A stretch of DNA of 18,428 bases from Tubiluchus corallicola. Its lineage: Eukaryota > Animalia > Priapulida. Shown one piece after another: positions 10,285 through 18,428 of the stretch. Made by a program: the position numbers and the translations under genes. How positions within the stretch are numbered: position 1 is the first letter of the stretch; each line of letters starts with the position of its first letter. Under the pieces are notes generated by a model. That model ran no database searches, was not told the DNA's origin, and saw nothing but the letters and a program-made list of their open reading frames with translations. The stretch lies in assembly GCA_030141605.1 (NCBI GenBank), contig JAQGDQ010000726.1, positions 88,738 to 107,165 of the forward strand, written 5' to 3'.

Positions 10285-10865
10285 GTAAGTAGTTGCATAC
10301 AGTTATTATCAGAAGTTTAAATGTGTTAAAATTTTTCATTTTTAGAGAATTTGCTTTAAGTTTAGTTTAACACACGTGTGTTTATTAATTACCAATTGAT
10401 TGTTCCGTTGAACATAAAATAAGTATTGATAATGACGTAATAGGGTTTCCAATGAGCCATTCATGACGTAGGAGGTGTGTTTAGGTAAAATGTTAAATAT
10501 GACAAAGGGATAAAGTAAATTGTATCAGTAATTAAAGCCTGAAGTTAAGCAACATCAAGTCTGACTGCAAAACTAACTATCTTTGTATGAATTTATATAT
10601 TATATAATTTTCCTGGCTGTTTATTTAACTGAGAAACATGGTGAAGAAACCTTAATGTTTCTTAATGTTTCATCATAGAGAATTGCTCTTAAAAAGGGAT
10701 TACCCTGGGTCTTTTTGTGTTGAATATGACCTAGTTATGACTGAAAACCAGAATAACTGATTCAACACTAGAAAGTTCAAAAGAACCATTGTAAATATTT
10801 GAATAAGTTATGGCTTCACTGTTATGCGTGATGAGACGGCAGGATTGCAACTGTTTCTGCTGAAT

Positions 10866-10916
10866 TAGATTTCTTGTACTGCTGGGGTAGATTTCCCGTA
10901 CTGCTGAGGTAGATTT
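10866..10916. repeat. 22-bp tandem duplication (~2.3 units)
   Basis: TAGATTTCTTGTACTGCTGGGG TAGATTTCCCGTACTGCTGAGG TAGATTT. Confidence 0.85.
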
Positions 10917-11852
10917 TAAATAATGTTAGAATATAGTGGACAGTATATAGAGAGGCTGACAGCACTGAACACTATTACATTACAATTAATAGTGTAAAAA
11001 ATTTCTCAGTCTGATGTAAAATTTAGATCGATGTTTAGAGTCATGAACAAAATTGATAATTTGAGAAAATTTTTAATTGTATTATATTGTAAATATTTTT
11101 CGAATATACAGTGTGATTCATTTCTAATGTTCTTTTTGTAACAACAAAATAACAACATAATAATCACTACATTTAACAATTTATTGTAGCTGGTACTAAA
11201 TTAGTGTTGTTTACTTTCATATAGTTTCTTCTAGTACCTTGTTTTAACTTGTGAAACTACAATATGAATCTACTCCACAATTACGTAAATAAGTCGTAAT
11301 TTATAAATGGAACGAGTTTATAATTGATGAATTACAGAAAACATTCTCACTTTGTTGAATGTTTGACTAGCGAACACGTAAACTCTTAGACCTCTCAGTT
11401 ACTTGCCTGGTTTAATATTATTTGAATAATCAGATTTTTTAGACTATCTTTAGTATTATTTGAAGTATACAGTTTAATAGAAATATTTTTTAATTTAGGC
11501 ATAAAAGTAAAAAAAGCAGTTTAATGAACGTAACACTTATAACCGTCTCTTAAAAAGATCAACTTCTCAAAAAAATTCTAAAATTAAAGTTCAAGAATCT
11601 GTCAGATTCGCAAATTTATTTTACTCCATTCCTCTCTGCATTTCACACATTTTATAATGATCACTTTTGCTCAGTGAATACATTGACTTCAGGTAGTTTA
11701 CTGCTGCCACCTCGTGCACAACACACGACACTCATGTGACTTCAAGTTTTGAGATTGGAAGCTTCTGCCCTCTTTCGCGCACAAAAAGAAATAAATAGAA
11801 ATACACATAAAAATGTTGCTTTAGTGCGAAAAACGTGACAAGAATTCTTTTG

Positions 11853-12208
<356 letters not shown>

Positions 12209-13002
12209 ACCGTTTACATGTAAAAATGTAATATTTTTTAAATAAAAAAGTTTTAATAATACACTCACTCTCTTCTAGTTACTCTACTCAGAGATCCTAA
12301 TTCTTATTAAACCCTTTGCAAGTCACATGCTGCCTCTTTTGAAACGAAGGTAAATCTATAGAAAAAATAACAGCGCACGTCCTGAAAAGACCTATTTCAC
12401 CAATCACTCGAAATAAAACTCCAGTGATTTTATCAAACTTCTGTAGGTTTTGCAAATAAGATTCATGGGTTTTTGCAGAGAACATTTATTTGTGTAAAAA
12501 GTTCAAAAAAACACAAAAGTTACGTGTTCTACGTTTCACAGAGAACAATAAATTTACACGAACTTCTGATGTTAACTAAATTGATGACAAGGACCGCATG
12601 GGTGGGTTTACCCCACTGTTGACTTACTCACACTTTTCTGTAGTCTCTTCTTTGTAACCAGCAGCACAAAGGAAAGACAATAACACTTCTTCCCCGAGGC
12701 AGATGGGCTGGACGCGACACCTCTAGCTAATTACCTAATAGTAAACAGGAGAGATGAGGTACTGAGGTGATTTGACGGTCTGAATTCTTGGGAAAAATAG
12801 GAACTATTGTACTTTCCATTTCATACATCATATATTAAGATGCTTACAATGAAATTAATCATTTCAGGAAGAGTTACCTGGCAGATCTAAGTGTAAATAT
12901 AGAAATTCGCTTTTTGCATTGACTTGAATCTGAACAATGTTTGTAAAATACAAATGATTGTGCGTATTAAAAACAAAAATTATTGAATACTTTTTGAATA
13001 TT

Positions 13003-13048
13003 TATATATATATATATATATAATATTTATATATATATATATATATAT
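13003..13048. repeat. (TA)n microsatellite
   Basis: Two adjacent TA runs. Confidence 0.95.
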
Positions 13049-13269
13049 GTTATATAAGAATTTTAAATTACATACATGCAGGTATGAAGGTTTATTGAAA
13101 TACAGCTCTAAAAAGATGAACTTTTCAAAAAAATAATACCAGCGCATGCACAGCAGACGAGGCCTTTTTGACTACAAGTTCATCTAACATTTCATCCAGG
13201 CAAGTTTGAAATTAATCGCAACACGCATGCGCAAATTTATTATCAAGACGAAATAGTTATTTTGTCACA

Positions 13270-13319
13270 TTGTTATTATTATTATTGTTGTTGTTGTTAT
13301 TGTTGTTACTATTGTTGTT
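13270..13319. repeat. (TTA/TTG)n microsatellite
   Basis: Mixed trinucleotide run. Confidence 0.9.
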
Positions 13320-13630
13320 TGACTACTTTGACTACGTTTAAAGCAGTCAAAAGCTCAACCATTAACCAACTTTTCCACATATGTCCTACTATATGTTCAA
13401 CTCTATTGTCATAATTAGATCATATTACAATGATTAATAATTATTTTTATGCGAAGTTTATAACAATTTTTTAACTGTAAAATCTTGGTAAATGATGGAG
13501 AATTTTTTTATTACTCTTTTTTAAGTGAGCCATAGCATCTTGAATCTGCTTCACCTTTATGTACACCATCCATACTATAATGATACTGTTGTTATGTGCA
13601 ACCACACATACCAACGAGGTTGTTGGAGAT

Positions 13631-13701
13631 AACAGCAATGACTACAACAACAGCAGCAACAACAACAACAGCAACAATTACAACAGCAACAACAACAACA
13701 G
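13631..13701. repeat. (AAC/AGC)n microsatellite
   Basis: Mixed trinucleotide run. Confidence 0.9.
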
Positions 13702-14024
13702 TCTAATAAAATCTTGCAAATTCATTCTGCCACAGCCAAAACTGTGTCAAATGACAAAAAAAATATTAATTTTGATTCTTCCACTAATGACACATGTAAA
13801 CTGCAAACAAACATTCCATCAGATTCGTTAACTGAGTCTAACCTTTACTAAATGGTGTAGAAGATGAAGCTGATGTAGACGGATATGTTTGCTACAATCA
13901 GTGTCTTCTGTTAAAAATGCCATTTTCAAGGTGAATAATTGTAAATTAGATTTTTAAATAATTAAATAGTCATTGCGTTTATTTCTTTTGTTAGACACAA
14001 TTTAATTATGTATATAAGTTTACT

Positions 14025-14293
14025 CACTCACTCACCTACTTACTTATCTACACGTCCGCCCAACTACTTTCCTACTTTCCTAGTTACCTGCCTACCTGCG
14101 TGCTCTCTGCCTGCCTGTCTACCTACCTTGCTACATGCCTACCTACCTACATCCCAGCCTACTGGCGTGCCTACCTACCTTGCCAGCTACATATAAACCT
14201 AATTATATGCCTACCTGCGAGCTGTCTGCTTGCCCGCCTACTTACCTTGCCACCTACCTAACTACCTGTCTACCTGCCTGCCTGCTTGCCTAC
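14025..14293. repeat. Degenerate (CCTA/CCTG)n tetranucleotide repeat
   Basis: Decayed CCTR array lying upstream of module P2, as 16009-16131 does for P3. Confidence 0.85.
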
Positions 14294-14354
14294 TTAAGTT
14301 TTGTTTACTTTCACGTTTAGTAGGCCTAAAATAATTCTTTGTAGCTACTAGTTA

Positions 14355-14640
14355 TGAGCATTAAAATATTTTTTATTTAATGCAATTGCATTATACTAAT
14401 TCATGCATTAACTGAATATAGTTACTTTCTGACTAAAGTGCAAACAAGCTCTCCCTTTACTGGCATTCATGGCTTAATCGCAGTTTTATCAACATAATGT
14501 TAAACAAATAACTGGGTGCGCAACTGGGAGCTAGTGGAAAAGTTTTGCATGAAACGAGCACGTGAAAAAGTACAGATGTACCTGCGTTACCTTGAGCTGG
14601 AATTATATGTTGTTTATTCAGGCAGTTCAGGCAAGCTGAT
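14355..14640 (+). promoter_or_regulatory. Promoter-like module P2
   Basis: Aligns with 16205-16480 at TTTACTGGC, TGGAAAAGTTTTGCATGAAA, GAGCA(C/G)GTGA, GATGTACCT(G/A)CGTTACCTTGAGCT and TTATAT. The homology is clear and the promoter function is inferred. Confidence 0.4.
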
Positions 14641-14760
14641 GAGTTCAATTAGATTGTTGTCCGATGAAAGTACATGTTGTACTTGATTTTAAACGGTAGT
14701 GACACCATTAGCAAAGTCTGATGTTCTTTCTTACATACAAACGGCCCCAAGTCCTTCCTT

Positions 14761-15093
<333 letters not shown>

Positions 15094-15120
15094 TTATATA
15101 CATATATGTATATGTTGATT

Positions 15121-15640
15121 GAATTATTGGGATGGCGATATATAACACCGAATATAATAGGTTTTTCAAAGCTATTATTCGCAGGAATCAGTTTGACCCA
15201 TTAATGATCCACCTGAATTGAGCTAGAGCAGACTGGTAATGAGTTTGGAAAATTTTTCGCAAAGTTTATTTTAAATTCATGGATTCGATTGAAGGTAAAG
15301 TTTTCATGGATATACAAGCCAATTCCCCCAGCAGCAGTTTTAGAATTAATATTTACGAGCGAATAAATAGGCAAATTACACAAAAAAGGTAATTGTCCTT
15401 GAAGCATGTCTCTGTTACTGCAATAACAGAGCTTTGGTTTTTGTTGAAAGAGAGGTAGAAGGTCAAGGGTGTCGGAGAAATAACTGTTATTGTTAAAATG
15501 GACGAAACTTATGTCTTTAGGTGTTGTACTAAATTTAGGATCTTCTAATAAAGTTTGAATCTTGTAATATTTTTTATCATAATGTGGCCTATAATTATCT
15601 AAGTCATACTGATCAGGACTTGATTTAAAGTAGAAAACTG
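15121..15640 (-). mobile_element. CR1/L2-group LINE ORF2 5' fragment (APE endonuclease domain), decayed
   Basis: Minus-strand APE motifs occur in order, ISFVHFN, VIAVTETCF, AGGIGLYIHE and [12 protein letters not shown], across different frames. The fragment is truncated at the ATCT microsatellite. Confidence 0.85.
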
Positions 15641-16008
15641 TAGAAGAGAGTTAAAAGTTTCTCAGCCAACATTAGCAGAAGAATAAAGCAGTTCAGGTAG
15701 ATCCACAGTGTCCACGTTCTGAAAAAAAGATTGTTAATACCGCTAGACAATAATATGGATCAGTAGGTAATCCTAAACTTTGAAACTAACCTACCTACCT
15801 GAGTTGTATTTTGTTTTTCTACAAACAAATTTGTGCAGAAGTTAATTTAATCTTTACGTTTAAATTTAAGAGAAACACACGCCCACAAGATCATGGCATT
15901 TATTATTTCGGAATTTTGACAAAAGTCAAAGGTGACTTCTGACTGAATTTGAATTTTCGCTCTGCTCAATATAGCATTTCAGGCCTATTAGATAATTTTA
16001 CACTCTAG

Positions 16009-16131
16009 TACCTACCTACCTACCTACCTGCCTGCCTGCCTGCCTGTCTGCCTGCCTGCCTACCTACCTACCTACCTGCCTGAGTGCCTGCCTACCTACC
16101 TACCTACCTACCTGTCTGCCTACCTACTTAC
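16009..16131. repeat. (CCTA/CCTG)n tetranucleotide repeat
   Basis: Well-preserved CCTR array. Confidence 0.95.
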
Positions 16132-16204
16132 TTTTCAATTAATGCTTACTTACTTGCTTAATTGGTCAAAGTTGTTAATTCTTATAATTTTGAAATTAAT
16201 AGTT

Positions 16205-16500
16205 ATCATATACCAAAATATTATTTTTATAATAAAATCGAATTACTTAATACTGATACATGTACTGACTGGTTATAATTATTCTCTAGTTAGAATGTAA
16301 ATAAGCTTCCTGTTTACTGGCTTTCTGGGTTTAATGGCTGTTTTATTTACACATTATTCAAATATTTGGATACATAGCTGGAACTAATGGAAAAGTTTTG
16401 CATGAAATGAGCAGGTGAGAATGATGTACCTACGTTACCTTGAGCTACTTATATAAGCTGCTTATTTACTTGACAGACCAGTAATGTTTGTCAACAAATA
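16205..16500 (+). promoter_or_regulatory. Promoter-like module P3 with TATA box and Inr-like site
   Basis: TTTTGCAT (octamer variant), CAGGTG E-box, CGTTACCTTGAG, TATATAAG at 16450-16457, and CCAGT with its A at 16480, 30 nt downstream. Confidence 0.45.
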
Positions 16501-16715
16501 ACCTGACGCTTAGATAATTCAGACATTGGGAAAATAAGATCGTGTTTATGAGAGTCATTTATTAATAGAAAATTTAACGTTTCAACTCAAAAGGGATTAA
16601 AAGGAAGGAAGAAGGATTAAAAATAAACTATTTGTGAAAATTAATTAAATAATCAGCAGTTACAGTAAAAAATCAAACAGAAAATTTTTGCTTTTGATTT
16701 TGTTTGAGTTTGATA

Positions 16716-17855
16716 TAGTTTGTCGAGAAATCGAATCGAACTCCGGCTTTCGAATTCGAATCGTATCTAATTCGAATCAAATTTGAATACAGTATCAAAG
16801 ATGATGAATTTCGAATCAGTAATAAAGTAACAGTAGTGCGCACAAAAAGTTTAGTTCAGTTCTGAGATGAAGAAGATTGTGCATGTAACATGGCGGCTGT
16901 AGGTGAAAGGACCACCCGCACCACTTTACAAGCGGTCAAATGACCAGTTTTACCATTTCAAAGGCAGCAAAAGGACCACTTTTACCACATTAAAAGAGGT
17001 CAGAGAAACGCCAATAAGGAGGTGGACCAAGAAATGTGCTGACAGTAACTTTAATGGAATTGCAACTTTATTTTTAATAAAATGACTGATAATTCCTGAC
17101 GATAAATACTTTTTAATAATTCTTATAATTTTTTATTTTATTTAAATTTTTTGGCTTACATAAAACGAAAATAGCTTTGTTAGATGCACAAGGGTTCTCA
17201 CACGATTTTTCGTTTGACGTTTGTTTGGTGGTCTTTTGTCCTGTGGTCTTTTGCCCAACGGTCCTATTTCTAGTGGTCCTTTGCCACAACATGGCACCAC
17301 TAATTTACCACTAAAACCTATAACGATTGATTGGTGCACCTAAAATTAATAATCAGAGAAAAAATACACTTCTCGCTTGGCTCACTTCTCAATCTAGCGA
17401 ATCTAGTTTCTAATTTTGAGTGAAATGATTGAGATTAGCTCATGCTTAGCACATCTTAAATTAAATGGTTTATTACCCGTCTTGCAAGTTGTCGCTTCTT
17501 GAATCATTAAACTTAAAGGCATCAAATCAGAGACAAATATTTTGTAAATTAGTTTAATAATGACTCGCAATGAATCCATCATTTACCAAATAATTCCAGT
17601 CTTACTCCTTAATTTCACCTTATAGCAGCGCGCAAAGATTGTGCATATTGTTTTTATTGTATGACAAAAACAAGTAGTCTAATAATTTGCTGAAAAATTT
17701 GTTCAAAATGACTGCCAAACTGTTTATACTGCAAGATATTTCAGACGTTTTAGAAACAAAGAAACGAAAGTTATTGAGACGTTTAGTTTTTCTAATTTAT
17801 AATTTAGGTTGGAATTCAATTCGAAAAAAGTCATTTATCTCATTCGCACCAATTA
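16716..17855. mobile_element. hAT-like non-autonomous element with subterminal TCGAAT repeats
   Basis: The left end is TAGTTTGTCGAGAA followed by many (T)TCGAATC units. The right end is ATTCAATTCGAAAAAAG...ATTCGCACCAATTA. The element is absent from the paralogous site near 1111-1170. The superfamily call rests on end architecture only. Confidence 0.55.
16895..17287. mobile_element. Nested MITE (~390 bp) with TIRs, inverted subterminal repeats and an apparent 8-bp TSD
   Basis: Left GTAGGTGAAAGGACCAC versus right GTGGTCCTTTTGCCAC. AAAAGGACCAC-type repeats lie at left and ~15-bp GTGGTCTTTTG repeats at right. AACATGGC occurs at 16887-16894 and 17288-17295. Confidence 0.75.
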
Positions 17856-18062
17856 AAATAAGTTTAAGTGTAATCAATAATGCACGAACACTCTGCATGG
17901 TATTTGGTGATCCTTTTACAATATTAATTGATTGATAAAATATCTGAATCCACCAAATGTAGTGCTAAAAGTGCAAATTTATAGTTTTAATTTCAAAATA
18001 AAAGTAATCCACAATTCTAAAAATTCAAAACCAAAGTTGTTCAAATGAAATGTGTGAAGTAC

Positions 18063-18134
18063 GGTCACAACCTGGATTCGAATCATGGACCTCTCGTTTA
18101 TAAGGCAACTATTCTAACCACAAATTATCACGCC
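18063..18134 (-). mobile_element. tRNA-derived SINE-like head / tRNA pseudogene
   Basis: The minus strand reads GGCGTGATAATTTGTGGTTAGAATAGTTGCCTTATAAACGAGAGGTCCATGATTCGAATCCAGGTTGTGACC, with tRNA-like spacing of GTGGTTAG and B-box TTCGAATCC. The acceptor stem is not intact. Confidence 0.55.
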
Positions 18135-18414
18135 TCAATGATTAGGACAAGTCTTAATGCATTTTCAGCATTTTCAAACTTAGTTAAAGTAATCATCAAT
18201 TAATTTTTTTAGATCTCCGAAGAAAAGTCAAGTGGCTGTGCACCACAAGTTGCAATTGAAGGGTCTTTAACTCAAATTCCGTCGTGTACAGATTTTTTGC
18301 ATTTCCTTTTTTCTGATCACGTTTTTTTTAATTTCGTGGGTTCATTCCATCATGCGCGGTTTGTGTTTGAAGAGTATGCAATTTGATTTAAGTACTGAAC
18401 TCAACTGACAAGAA

Positions 18415-18428
18415 AAAAGTTATAAGCA
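18415..18428. repeat. Terminal direct repeat, right copy
   Basis: Identical to bases 1-14. Confidence 0.9.

Larger units (their letters stand above)
7858..10620 (+). repeat. Cluster 2 of the exon-intron repeat module (copies starting ~7858, 9651, 10211), interrupted by a ~1.17-kb insertion
   Basis: 7860-8090 aligns with 4221-4450. 9680-9870 and 10215-10620 align with 3785-3975 and 4690-5060. 28-bp arrays lie at 8083-8365, 9540-9612 and 10063-10175. Confidence 0.8.

Noticed and set aside
12874-12884. TTACCTGGCAG match to the U1 snRNA 5' end
   Set aside because: The match is only 11 nt and the downstream sequence is not U1-like.
13559-13831. 90-aa ORF with a hydrophobic start and poly-Asn
   Set aside because: Its length is largely due to the (AAC)n repeat, the hydrophobic stretch is short and there is no recognisable domain.
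13881-13902. Resemblance to miR-190 (GATATGTTTG)
   Set aside because: It starts at the apex of the hairpin and has no downstream complementary arm, unlike a 5p miR-190.
14008-14320. Pro/Thr/Leu-rich ORFs
   Set aside because: They derive from the decayed (CCTA/CCTG)n repeat.
16887-16897. YY1-like AACATGGCGGC
   Set aside because: It is formed by the TSD/MITE junction.
18063-18134. Functional tRNA gene
   Set aside because: The acceptor and anticodon stems do not pair and the A box is degenerate.

Overview
AT-rich eukaryotic (probably invertebrate metazoan) genomic DNA with no intact protein-coding gene that I can recognise. It contains decayed transposons: a Rex1/Babar LINE RT fragment, a CR1/L2 endonuclease fragment, a Tigger/pogo-like MITE, a hAT-like MITE with a second MITE nested in it, tRNA-SINE-like heads and possible LTR remnants. 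Many microsatellites account for most of the supplied ORFs. Two families of diverged local duplications organise the window. (1) A promoter-like module (octamer-like motif, E-box, CGTTACCTTGAG, TATA, Inr) occurs in 3-4 copies at about 14.4 kb, 16.2 kb and across the window end/start. (2) An exon-intron module occurs in about 7 copies between 3.5 and 10.6 kb, most with a 28-bp minisatellite, and four copies keep strong + strand splice sites without a shared reading frame. The first and last 14 nt are identical and module homology appears to run across that junction, so the window looks like one ~18.4-kb unit of a tandem array or a circular contig. My best-guess model, which is inference, is a tandemly amplified, spliced, + strand non-coding transcription unit carrying antisense retroelement fragments (lncRNA, piRNA-cluster-like or small-RNA-host locus). 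All alignments were done by eye and boundaries are approximate.
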